From an uncultured Eubacteriales bacterium (GTDB lineage: Bacteria > Bacillota > Sulfobacillia > Fermentithermobacillales > Fermentithermobacillaceae): a stretch of 64,000 bases of DNA. Both the position numbers and the translations under genes were made by a program. Location: the NCBI GenBank assembly GCA_964641455.1, contig CAZXLH010000009.1, positions 1,534 through 65,533 of the forward strand. The letters run 5' to 3'. The notes beneath the pieces are model-generated. The model saw only the letters and a program-made list of their open reading frames with translations, had not been told where the DNA came from and did no database searches. This document shows positions 9,809 to 19,809 of the stretch, piece after piece (within the stretch, counting starts at the first letter, position 1; each line of letters starts with the position of its first letter).

Positions 9809-11207
9809 AACGAAACACCTCTAGATTAGCCTGAGGAACGGTTACCAGGCGCCCATCACCAAGCCTAACCTTGGCAACTTCAACTACAGCCTCACATTCT
9901 ATTTGCTCTGGCTTATCCGGTACATGCTCCACTGTACCCCACAAGCCAAAATATGGCGGCCTGGTGCACCTTACCCTATCTCCTTGATTCACCTGCGCCA
10001 GCATCGCCACAGGCAAACCGCTTGCCTCATCAGACACTAACGATATCGCCGGGCTTTTATGTGCAGCTTCCAAGTCCTCAATTTGGCTGCATATGATAAC
10101 CTCAGGCCTTACTACTCCTGCCCTTATTTGAGTGGTACCGTCAATGGAAGCAATTCTTCCTTCATTACCTGCAAGTATGTTCCATGCTTCACGGCTCATG
10201 GAAATCTTGCCGAAACCTTCGAGAAGAATAATTGTGAAATCTATATCCTCCTGGCCTGTTAGCCCCACATTGATTTCTTTGCCAAGAATACGAACCAAAT
10301 CAAGTTGGTTCATGCCTCCGGTAATCAGGCCCAAAGCGCCTTTTTCTATGGCTTCCTGCACCGATTCAAATGAAGCGAAACTACCACATGCCAGGATCTT
10401 GCCCTCGACACTCTCATCTAACCTGTCATGTCTAAGGGGTTCTTCCGGAGTGTCAGATAATATCATCAATTCGCCAAAGCGTTCACGGCCAATTCCAAAT
10501 ACGCCTTGAATATACGCTCCTTCCGAATCAATCACAGCACCATAATGATCAATGATTTCGCTGACTTTCCCGGATACGTGAGCAAGTACATCGGTATGCC
10601 TTATGGGTCTTACTATTGTAATAGTGCCTGTAAGAGTACAGATCCTCTCGACAATTCCGCTAATAGGCGCATAGACAAAGTCTGTGTGCCATCCGGTTGT
10701 GGCAATAATCTTACCTTCGTAGACAAAGTCACCTTCCCTAACCGTAGTATACATTCTTAAAAAGCGGGGCCGTACTCCCAATTTAGAAGCAGCCGCTACA
10801 ATACTCATTGGTTTTGCCGAACGTGGATCTTCACGTATTACAATTCGGCCCTGGGTTCTGGAAATATATTCAATGACCCCATCACACGGAGATCTAACTT
10901 CTATGATTTCAGACCAAAAGTTTTTCTGGTATCTGGCTAATACTTCACCGGATTTAACAACATCACCTTGCTCTTTAATTAATACTTGGTCGACAAGCTC
11001 AGGCTCTGTCCTTTGCTTGAGTTCCGCCCTCAAATCTACAACATATGGGTTTCCCTTAACAAACTCGGCTTTTGCAATTACAGTGTCAGGGGAAACCACA
11101 TCGCCTTCTTGAACCAAAACCTCACCCGGAGTGGGCAGTTTCCGCTCTTTGCGAATAGTTGCCCTCTCTAATACCTTAAGTGTGGATAGCAAAGCCATCA
11201 TTGTCAC
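9798..11207 (-). CDS. hypothetical protein, partner of GlmL/MutL-like ATPase (possible N-terminal barrel-sandwich hybrid-like segments, KOW-like C-terminus)
   Basis: 469 aa; 5-nt gap from the upstream MutL-like gene; no family recognised by eye; segments GEVLVQEGDVVSPDTVIAKAE and GDVVKSGEVLARYQ resemble biotinyl/lipoyl hybrid motifs. Confidence 0.5.
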   Translation of the reverse strand: MTMMALLSTLKVLERATIRKERKLPTPGEVLVQEGDVVSPDTVIAKAEFVKGNPYVVDLRAELKQRTEPELVDQVLIKEQGDVVKSGEVLARYQKNFWSEIIEVRSPCDGVIEYISRTQGRIVIREDPRSAKPMSIVAAASKLGVRPRFLRMYTTVREGDFVYEGKIIATTGWHTDFVYAPISGIVERICTLTGTITIVRPIRHTDVLAHVSGKVSEIIDHYGAVIDSEGAYIQGVFGIGRERFGELMILSDTPEEPLRHDRLDESVEGKILACGSFASFESVQEAIEKGALGLITGGMNQLDLVRILGKEINVGLTGQEDIDFTIILLEGFGKISMSREAWNILAGNEGRIASIDGTTQIRAGVVRPEVIICSQIEDLEAAHKSPAISLVSDEASGLPVAMLAQVNQGDRVRCTRPPYFGLWGTVEHVPDKPEQIECEAVVEVAKVRLGDGRLVTVPQANLEVFRFET

Positions 11208-11211
11208 CTCC

Positions 11212-13002
11212 TCATAGATTCTTTTTTAAGATACTTGACGGATAGGCGTCAAGGGCCTCGTACCAGCCGATAAGAGATGATCTCATAACGCTCTTGTCAC
11301 CGAAAAATACAAGGGGCCTTCCTCGTCCATCTAAAATCAACCCTGTTACACCCTTAACAAGTTTGCCTGAAATAGGTTTTCCAGGCCCAAAACCCAGATC
11401 GAATCGCCTGTCAGGGACAGCTTCAAATGCAGTATCTCCCAGATCATCTACATCCACTATCTGCAAATCGCCTGCGACAATATCGAAACTGTTATTTCCG
11501 GCTGTGACCCGGCCGATAGACGTACCCGGCGGAACCTCAGGCCCTACCGGTGCGATACAAGTTCCAAGGGGAATTAAAGTTTCTGTTTCCATGATCTCTA
11601 CAGCTGCATCCTTGTCAATGTCCATAAGCACACCCATATAGGGCAGCAAAAATCGGCTATCGACAAACAAGCCGGTAATCCCTTCAGGCTGCAGCCCATC
11701 CAAAAGTATCATGGCTGCCTGATTGCGCCTGGGTGCATATGAAAGCACTCCGCCTGTGCCAACCAACACCTTAACCTTCATCATGTCTACAAGTGTTTGG
11801 CCTGAAGCATCTTGGTAAAATATATCTCCTGCACTGCGCTGTTGCTGAACTCCCTTGAGCCCACGTATAAGCGACTTGTGATGTTCAAGTGAAAGCCTTA
11901 ACGCTTCTTTGCACAGTGCCTGCTCTAGCATAAGTTCCTCAAAAGTCTGCGGCAAACCTGCAGGCCTTATCATCTTGTTGAAGTTCCAGTTCCTCACAAA
12001 ATTTTCATCAGAGTCAAACGGCAACCACCTTAGCACAAGTTCAGGAGTAGCTTCGCTTAAAACATTTCCCATACTGTAAGACATTCCAAGATTTGCCGAG
12101 ACGGTTCGATAGAACTTGGAATCTATCACTGAAAATACGTCTGTGGTAGCTCCGCCTACGTCAACAGCCAAAACATCGCCTTGAACTTTTTGTGCCAGGT
12201 AAATTAATGCATCGCCAACAGCTACGGGAGTAGGTTTCACATTGCCCTGGGCCCAGGACAGCACTGTGTTGTAACCCGGAGCATGCATCATTACATGCTC
12301 CAAAAACAAGTTATGGATCTGGTTTCTTGCAGGGCCAAGCACTTCTTTTTCAAGTACCGGCCTTATATTTTCAGCAAACGAAACTTCCATTGCTCCTTCG
12401 AAAAGCTTATCAACCAGGCTCCTGGCTTCAACATTGCCTGCAAAAATTACAGGCATCTTGAACTCCTTGCCAAACCTAGGTTGAGGATTGGCCATAGCCA
12501 CCATTTCAGCTACAGCGGCAACTTCTGAAATATTGCCATCGTCAGTGCCGCCTGTAATCAGAACCATGTCAGGCCTTATACGCTTAACTGCATCTATCTT
12601 CTCAATTACACTTCGGGGATCATCAAGGGCAATGACATCAGATACAATTGCCCCGGCACCCAATGCAGCTCTATGGGCTGATTCAGCAGTAATTTCTTCC
12701 ATTAGGCCGGTCACTACCATTTGCAGCCCGCCACCGGCGCTTGAAGTAACAACAAAAACGTCTACACCTGACTTTTGATGTGCAGGAGTTACCAAATGCG
12801 CTCCATCCAAGATTTTTACATCTGTTTGACTCTGCAGTTTTAAAAGGGCATTTCTAAGCCCAATCATTACGTCCAAATGTGGGGTTTCAACAGTTGTGGG
12901 AGATACAGCTTTCGCCTGCAAAACCCAACCTTGCTCTTGCTTCTCAAACAGCACTGTCTTGGTGGTAGTGCTACCTATATCTGCAGCAAGAATTCTATAC
13001 AC
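11212..13002 (-). CDS. GlmL/MutL-family (glutamate-mutase-reactivase-like, ASKHA fold) ATPase with about 130-aa C-terminal extension
   Basis: 596 aa; DIGSTTTK, SSAGGGLQMVV, ITGGTDDGN, PVIFAGNVEAR and DVGGATTDV align with the OraF-like paralog at 37987-39336 (EIGSTTT, SSAAGGLSMSV, LAGGVDYGE, PVIYAGNVAAR, DVGGATVDV). Confidence 0.6.
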   Translation of the reverse strand: MYRILAADIGSTTTKTVLFEKQEQGWVLQAKAVSPTTVETPHLDVMIGLRNALLKLQSQTDVKILDGAHLVTPAHQKSGVDVFVVTSSAGGGLQMVVTGLMEEITAESAHRAALGAGAIVSDVIALDDPRSVIEKIDAVKRIRPDMVLITGGTDDGNISEVAAVAEMVAMANPQPRFGKEFKMPVIFAGNVEARSLVDKLFEGAMEVSFAENIRPVLEKEVLGPARNQIHNLFLEHVMMHAPGYNTVLSWAQGNVKPTPVAVGDALIYLAQKVQGDVLAVDVGGATTDVFSVIDSKFYRTVSANLGMSYSMGNVLSEATPELVLRWLPFDSDENFVRNWNFNKMIRPAGLPQTFEELMLEQALCKEALRLSLEHHKSLIRGLKGVQQQRSAGDIFYQDASGQTLVDMMKVKVLVGTGGVLSYAPRRNQAAMILLDGLQPEGITGLFVDSRFLLPYMGVLMDIDKDAAVEIMETETLIPLGTCIAPVGPEVPPGTSIGRVTAGNNSFDIVAGDLQIVDVDDLGDTAFEAVPDRRFDLGFGPGKPISGKLVKGVTGLILDGRGRPLVFFGDKSVMRSSLIGWYEALDAYPSSILKKNL

Positions 13003-13437
13003 GGTACTCCCCTCCTTGCCTTTACCAAAGTATTAAACCTTATGTTTGAGGAGTTTATGGATTTAGATATGCGGAAATATATGTTTTATTAATATTGCAT
13101 CAACAGAAAAGGCCGGATTCTTTGTTATAACAGCAGCCCATTGGGGCCCTGTCTTTGGTCTGTTAGTCAAAATTCTACACAATTGCCAAAATTCCTTCTT
13201 GGCCAAATAATACAATACCTCTATATAGTATATGAGCCAAATTTATAATCTTGAAAGATTTCACTTACTGAAGCCAAACTCTATGTTAGTATCCAAAAGA
13301 CCCACGCAGAATGTTTAATCGTCTTTATCAGTTGTACAATCAAGACTTTCCCAAGCCAATATTGGCAAAAGGCCCTTTAGTAGTTGTCACACAATTTAAC
13401 GAGTGATAAACTCTTTAAAATACTCTTATGAATTTAA

Positions 13438-14919
<1,482 letters not shown>

Positions 14920-14932
14920 GTACGCAAATAAT

Positions 14933-14980
14933 GCAAACAACCTGAGCGGCCGGTTCCGCCCAGGTTGTTTGCAAATTCTA
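14933..14980. terminator. bidirectional rho-independent terminator: 12-bp perfect stem GCAAACAACCTG/CAGGTTGTTTGC with structured 16-nt loop, then T-rich tail
   Basis: Sits between convergent guaB (+) and the 14998-16221 gene (-). Confidence 0.6.
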
Positions 14981-14997
14981 TTCTTGTTTCTTTTAGG

Positions 14998-16221
14998 CTA
15001 CTCAGACGGGCCGTCAACCGAATATCTTACCCCTTGGGTATATACATTGGAAGGGTTCCACAACATATAGGTTTCGATTTGATGTTCATATACGGCATCA
15101 ATTTGCCCTTGAACTTCATTGGTTCCATACTTGACCCTCATCGAAAAATCCTGAAGCCAGGGGCGAATCTTGCTTTTGAGGCCATTTGTCCGCTCCAAAG
15201 CCTCGCTCATGGCCTTGTATACAACTTCATACGGATGAGATTCAGGAACTTGAAACCCGTAAATTCCCGGATTGTAGTAATGAGACGGATAAACCATGGG
15301 GCATATGAAATCTACTGATGCAGCTAATTGCTCCAGCTTCTGCCCTATTCCCATATCATCTTGCGCAATGGTCACAAATCCGAATACATCGGCGCTCAGA
15401 TAAGCCTTCCCTTCAAGTACTTGCCCCATGTAATCGAGAAAAGCAGCGATAGCGTCACCTCTGCATTCGTATTCGTCGTGGCCTGGCATAAGCACTCCGG
15501 TTTTCTCCAGGCCCTGGGCACTGTCAGGAAACCTTACGTAATCAAGCTGAATTTCATGAAATCCCATATCCAGGGCCCACAATGAAATATCTTTGATGAG
15601 CTCCCAATTCCGTTTGTCGTACGGGTTCAGCCAAAGCCTGCCATCTCTGTCTTTCCACAAACTTCCGTCAGCGTTTCTGATCGCCTGAGAAGGTTGCAGC
15701 CTTGCCATATATGGATCTTGAAACGCTACTATCCGGGCAATCAGGTAATAGCCCTCTTGGTTAAGAACATTAACCAATCCTGAAAAGTGATTATAACCGT
15801 CAGGTTTCGAACCAATATTTGAGGGAGCAACACACGGAATTCTACCGTTATTATCTTTTACATCGATTACAAAGCAATTAAGCCCAGGATTTTCCCGGGC
15901 AAATGTTATCACTTCAGCAAACCTCGACGGCGTACCGAAAACATCCATAGTCACATAAACTCCCCGGGCTGAAAGCGCCTTTTTCTCCATGTCTTCGAGT
16001 ATGTCATCTTGCTGAGTTTCAGAATCATTTTGATTAACCATACCTGCTTCAATATCAATATCAGGTGATGGCTCCTCACCTGTTAAGATCCGGTTAAATG
16101 GAAACACTTCAAAGTAATAAGCCGTAGTTATGCCGGAAAAGAGCAAAACTACGATAAAAACGATCAACCCAACATATGGTTTTGCCTTTTTTCTTTCATG
16201 CCTCGGAGGTGTTTGTGCCAT
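14998..16221 (-). CDS. membrane-anchored putative glycoside hydrolase (GH-like TIM barrel, DUF4015-type)
   Basis: 407 aa; N-terminal TM helix; FVIDVKDNNGRI and HEIQLDYVRFPD segments typical of the YngK/DUF4015 family. Confidence 0.5.
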   Translation of the reverse strand: MAQTPPRHERKKAKPYVGLIVFIVVLLFSGITTAYYFEVFPFNRILTGEEPSPDIDIEAGMVNQNDSETQQDDILEDMEKKALSARGVYVTMDVFGTPSRFAEVITFARENPGLNCFVIDVKDNNGRIPCVAPSNIGSKPDGYNHFSGLVNVLNQEGYYLIARIVAFQDPYMARLQPSQAIRNADGSLWKDRDGRLWLNPYDKRNWELIKDISLWALDMGFHEIQLDYVRFPDSAQGLEKTGVLMPGHDEYECRGDAIAAFLDYMGQVLEGKAYLSADVFGFVTIAQDDMGIGQKLEQLAASVDFICPMVYPSHYYNPGIYGFQVPESHPYEVVYKAMSEALERTNGLKSKIRPWLQDFSMRVKYGTNEVQGQIDAVYEHQIETYMLWNPSNVYTQGVRYSVDGPSE

Positions 16222-16363
16222 GTCTACTCTCCCATCTTATGCCTGCCAAAAGTCAAAAACCCATCATCAACGCCCAGTCTCTTGGCGGCACTCCTGTAAC
16301 TTGTCTCTTCTGTTTAGACGGAAAGAACCCCTTTTTTGTTTCTGCTTGCAGGCATAATCGTAT

Positions 16364-16831
16364 TCACCGCAAGTACCTGAGAGCCACGCAAATTTCAAGA
16401 TATCCTAACGGAATTTCAAGAGGTATTATGAGCCTTTGAATATCTAAAGTAGATATTACTACACCCTTACCTGAAACCAAAGTGGGCGGTGACAGTTTAC
16501 ACACATAACCCTGCTGTTCCAACCTTATGGTAGCCTGGCCGGTAATGATGTTCCCCATTTCAGCAATTGCCGATTCGGCCAGCTTCCCAAATACAGGAAC
16601 AGGCTCACCGATAAGTACAGAAGCTACAGCCTTGGCTGTACGTTCTGACATTGAATATATTACTATTCCTTCAGCATCACCTGTTACTCCTATGGCAACA
16701 TTAACCTCTCCTGAAGTTGCCCTGGACTCTTCCAATCGCAATTGGCCACGTGTGACCTCAATTTGGAGTTGATTCTTTAAGAAACTGTAAGCAGACTCCA
16801 GAAAAGGGTTGATCAAATCTACTTTTAACAT
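16364..16831 (-). CDS. cheX: chemotaxis phosphatase CheX (CheC-like family)
   Basis: 155 aa; CheC/CheX fold; last gene of the che operon. Confidence 0.65.
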   Translation of the reverse strand: MLKVDLINPFLESAYSFLKNQLQIEVTRGQLRLEESRATSGEVNVAIGVTGDAEGIVIYSMSERTAKAVASVLIGEPVPVFGKLAESAIAEMGNIITGQATIRLEQQGYVCKLSPPTLVSGKGVVISTLDIQRLIIPLEIPLGYLEICVALRYLR

Positions 16832-16900
16832 GGAATTGCTCCTTTCTGCATCTATTGACCCAAGTATTTTTGTTCTTCATAGAATATACAGCCGGCCCAT

Positions 16901-17719
16901 CTAGCGTTTACGCTGGTAGAAAAACGGGAAACTCTGAGTAAGCCCGTAATCTTTCGAGTTGAATATGGCTTCGGTTGCCCCCATAAACAGCACGCCTCCC
17001 GGCTTTAAGCAGTCCGCCAGTTTTGTAATTACATGCTGTTTTCCTTCTTCTGTAAAATAAATAAGTACGTTGCGGCACAAAACAAGATCCATATTCCCGG
17101 GATAATCTGGCCCAAGCAGATCGTGCCGTCTGAAATCTACCAATTGCCTAATGGCATCTTTTACTACATACAGGTTATCTTGCCTGGTGAAATATCTGGC
17201 CAAAAGCCTGGGCGGAACATTTTTCACCTCGTCGGGAGTGTATGTGGCCTGCTTGGCCTTGGCCAGGCTTGCCTCATCAATATCCGTTCCAAGAACAGAA
17301 ACATTATAGTGCAGGTTTTCTGCAAAAATAATCGCAACAGAATAAGCCTCCTGGCCCGCCGCCGAGCCTGCGCTCCATACGTTAATACGACGGTTAGTTA
17401 AATTCGCCATTTGAGGCACAACTTCAGAGGCCAGTATGTTCCATTGTTTCTCGTTTCTAAAGAACTCAGACACATTGATGGTAAGGTAATCAACGAGGTG
17501 AGCTAATTGCTCTGGATCCTTTTGCAGGCGCATAGCAAAAGTTGCAAAATCCGGAATATTTCGCCTGTTCATATAGCTTACAAGCCGGCGGTGCATCTGT
17601 TTACTTTTGTAATTGCGAAGGTTAATCCCTGAGAGTTCAGCTACTTTAGTGCAAAAATACGAGTACTCTACGCCATAAGGGTGATTTGCTGTTGTTTGTT
17701 TTCGTGAGTTTGCTGACAT
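16901..17719 (-). CDS. cheR: chemotaxis protein methyltransferase
   Basis: 272 aa; CheR N-terminal helical domain plus SAM-dependent methyltransferase domain. Confidence 0.85.
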   Translation of the reverse strand: MSANSRKQTTANHPYGVEYSYFCTKVAELSGINLRNYKSKQMHRRLVSYMNRRNIPDFATFAMRLQKDPEQLAHLVDYLTINVSEFFRNEKQWNILASEVVPQMANLTNRRINVWSAGSAAGQEAYSVAIIFAENLHYNVSVLGTDIDEASLAKAKQATYTPDEVKNVPPRLLARYFTRQDNLYVVKDAIRQLVDFRRHDLLGPDYPGNMDLVLCRNVLIYFTEEGKQHVITKLADCLKPGGVLFMGATEAIFNSKDYGLTQSFPFFYQRKR

Positions 17720-17737
17720 CTCTGTTATTCTCCGTTC

Positions 17738-18826
17738 TTAGCGCTTTTTGCAGAAATTGCTTATTACATCGGCTATGTCATCCAAAGGTATCAAAGTTTC
17801 TGAACCTCCGGCTTCATAACATGCCCTGGGCATTCCCCAGATCACTGAAGTGTCACGGTCTTGGCATATGACTGTCGCCCCGGTTTGCCTGGCTGCCCAC
17901 GCCCCTTTGGCTCCGTCAAAACCCATCCCTGTAAGTATTACCACCAGCAACCTGGTTTTGAATAAGGGGCCGGCGTCAAAAAGAGTGATGTCAACAGACG
18001 GCCTTACTCCATGTACAGGCCTGCCTTCATCAAGATACACATGGTAAACTTCGTGTTTTCCGTTATGTGATTTATCAAGCCTTAAATGATACCCACCCGG
18101 AGCAATCAGCACCAAACCCGGTTCCAAAATATCCTCTTGAGCGGCTTCCCTCACTTTAATCAATGAAAGTGCATCCAGCCTGTTGGCCAAAGATGTAGTA
18201 AACCCTTTGGGCATATGCTGGCAGACTACCATAGCAGCCGGTAAGTCAGGTGGCAGGTTAGGAACAATTTCTTCAAGAGCCTGAGGCCCGCCTGTAGAGG
18301 AACCTATGACAATCAAAGTATCTATGGGAGTTTTCCCGGAAAACGTTTTCCGCTTTTTGGCCCTGACTCTTTCATGTCGTTGCTTAACCTCTTGTATACG
18401 CAATTTTGCACAAGAAGCCTGAATCACTTTTTGACACAATTCGTTAGCCACTTTGGAAACAGATGCCGCGGAAGACGGTTTGGGCACAAAATCAACAGCC
18501 CCCATTGAAAGAGCCTCAATGGTAACCTGAGACCCAGACTGTGTAAAAGATGAAAACATAACAACAGGCAACGGCCTTTTGCTCATAATGTCTTTTAGGA
18601 CTGATAAGCCATCGAGTTTGGGCATTTCAATATCAAGCACCATTACATCAGGGTCGAGTGAAATGCACTTTGCAACAGCCTCTACACCGTCTCTGGCTTC
18701 ATCTATCACTTCTATCTTTGGATGTTGTTCTAACATCTGCCGCAGCTTTCGCCTCATGTAAAGGGAATCGTCAACAATCAATACCTTAATCTTTTGTGAT
18801 TGCTCACTCCGGTTTACGCCTGACAT
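17738..18826 (-). CDS. cheB: protein-glutamate methylesterase/deamidase (REC + methylesterase)
   Basis: 362 aa; REC domain KVLIVDDSLYMR...D, C-terminal CheB methylesterase. Confidence 0.88.
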   Translation of the reverse strand: MSGVNRSEQSQKIKVLIVDDSLYMRRKLRQMLEQHPKIEVIDEARDGVEAVAKCISLDPDVMVLDIEMPKLDGLSVLKDIMSKRPLPVVMFSSFTQSGSQVTIEALSMGAVDFVPKPSSAASVSKVANELCQKVIQASCAKLRIQEVKQRHERVRAKKRKTFSGKTPIDTLIVIGSSTGGPQALEEIVPNLPPDLPAAMVVCQHMPKGFTTSLANRLDALSLIKVREAAQEDILEPGLVLIAPGGYHLRLDKSHNGKHEVYHVYLDEGRPVHGVRPSVDITLFDAGPLFKTRLLVVILTGMGFDGAKGAWAARQTGATVICQDRDTSVIWGMPRACYEAGGSETLIPLDDIADVISNFCKKR

Positions 18827-19173
18827 TGTTTCTTCACTGCTTCAAGAAGTCTTTCCGGCTCAAACGGCTTGACTATAAAGTCTTTGGCACCGGCTTTAAG
18901 AGCCTCCAAAACCATACTCTTTTGCCCTAAAGCAGTAACCATTACCACTTTGACATTGGGATCTTGTGATTTTAACTGCTTAAGAGCCTCAATTCCATCT
19001 AATACAGGCATGGTAATATCCATAAGCACAACATCAGGTTTCTCTTCCAGGTAACGTTTTACTGCTTCCTCACCGTTAGATGCCTGCACCACTTCGTAAC
19101 CATTGCCGGTAAGTAGCTTGGAAGTCCTATTCCGCATAAACATTGCATCATCTACAACCAGGATTTTCACCAT
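18814..19173 (-). CDS. cheY: chemotaxis response regulator
   Basis: 119 aa single REC domain: MVKILVVDDAMFMR, DITMP, K near C-terminus. Confidence 0.88.
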   Translation of the reverse strand: MVKILVVDDAMFMRNRTSKLLTGNGYEVVQASNGEEAVKRYLEEKPDVVLMDITMPVLDGIEALKQLKSQDPNVKVVMVTALGQKSMVLEALKAGAKDFIVKPFEPERLLEAVKKQCQA

Positions 19174-19191
19174 AGTCCCCCACTCCCTTAG

Positions 19192-19671
19192 TTAGATCTC
19201 TATTTCATTGTGATGTGTTGAGGAAATTGTTACTTTTCCCGAATCTATGTAAAAACGCATTGTCCTCCCATAATCTCCGCCTGTATCTTGCCCGGAAATC
19301 GGGATATTTTCTTTAGCCAACGATTCACAAACCGCTTGTATGTTAAGCATGCCTATGTCCCCAAAAGTAAAAGATACGTCGGGCAATACATTGGCACCCC
19401 CTGCAATTTTGGCTTCAAGATTTTCTCTTCTGCACCCAACGCTAAGAAGCCTGGATACAAGATAAGGGACAGCAGTTTCTCCATATTTGCCAAATGATCG
19501 ATCGCTGCCTTCCAATTTGTAAGGCAAAAACACATGGGCCATACCGCCTGCCCTTAGTTCATGGTCCCATAAGGCTACGCCAACACATGAACCCAATGAG
19601 TAGGCAACCAAAACGTCTGCATGATTTTTTGAAACCTTTATCTCTGAAAATCTTACGGGAACTAAGTTCAT
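19192..19671 (-). CDS. cheD: chemoreceptor glutamine deamidase
   Basis: 159 aa CheD family. Confidence 0.8.
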   Translation of the reverse strand: MNLVPVRFSEIKVSKNHADVLVAYSLGSCVGVALWDHELRAGGMAHVFLPYKLEGSDRSFGKYGETAVPYLVSRLLSVGCRRENLEAKIAGGANVLPDVSFTFGDIGMLNIQAVCESLAKENIPISGQDTGGDYGRTMRFYIDSGKVTISSTHHNEIEI

Positions 19672-19687
19672 CTGCTTCCCCTATCTT

Positions 19688-19792
19688 ATTGAGTTGTCCC
19701 ATTGAGTTGTCTAATTGAATTGCTTCAATTTAATGGCCCACATTATCAACTTTGCACCTTTGTGCAACTTAGCAATTTAGCAACTTAGCACC
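19688..19792. repeat. cheA-cheD intergenic repeat cluster: tandem ATTGAGTTGTC x2, inverted repeat AATTGAA-TTGC-TTCAATT, palindrome TTGCACCTTTGTGCAA, tandem GCAACTTAGCAA-type units
   Basis: Read directly from sequence in an otherwise gene-dense operon (138-bp gap). Confidence 0.5.
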
Positions 19793-19809
19793 AATAGAAA
19801 CATCAACCA

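Noticed and set aside
16222-16363. Rho-independent terminator after cheX
   Set aside because: No convincing stem followed by a U-run on the minus strand could be drawn; the region more likely holds the promoter of the 14998-16221 gene.
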